64,000 nt of DNA, taken from NCBI GenBank assembly GCA_000708835.1, contig DF237252.1:1-64000 (forward strand), read 5' to 3'. Origin of the DNA: Klebsormidium nitens (Eukaryota > Plantae > Klebsormidiophyceae). The notes beneath the pieces are model-generated. The model saw only the letters and a program-made list of their open reading frames with translations, had not been told where the DNA came from and searched no databases. Both the position numbers and the translations under genes were made by a program. Below, in pieces: positions 63,877 through 64,000 of this stretch; the stretch's first letter is position 1; each line of letters opens with the position of its first letter.

Positions 63877-64000
63877 GCGCGCCTGGGGCGGAGAGGCGTG
63901 TCGGTTGGTAACAGTGAAACGCGCACCGGGCAGGAAGGTGTGTCGGTCGATAATAGTGATCGCGACCCGGGCATTTAGGCGTGTCGGCCAAGGACAGTGA

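Overview
Eukaryotic, intron-rich genomic DNA with GC-rich exons and GT-AG introns. The gene set suggests a streptophyte green alga, possibly Klebsormidium-like; this is inferred, not verified. Genes assembled by hand from splice sites and frame continuity: the 3' part of a Cys/His-rich vWA protein, a small J-like protein, an EF-hand-derived membrane protein, ESF1, two inverted AHK1/CKI1-type hybrid histidine kinase paralogs flanking a coiled-coil gene, a plant GOLD-domain protein and an F-box/LRR protein. Two signals stand out. (1) A ~182-188 bp TIR element with 9-bp target-site duplications (TSDs) occurs three times, always at or within ~12 nt of a splice junction. One copy has created a complete new intron in histidine kinase 1: its TSD supplies both GT and AG, and the paralog has no intron there, as expected for an introner-like element. 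(2) In five genes, possibly six, the 3' splice site plus the start of the exon is copied upstream into the intron, often at ~135-180 bp spacing. In ESF1 these copies form an array that decays with distance from the exon. Most short six-frame ORFs are antisense or off-frame shadows of GC-rich exons.
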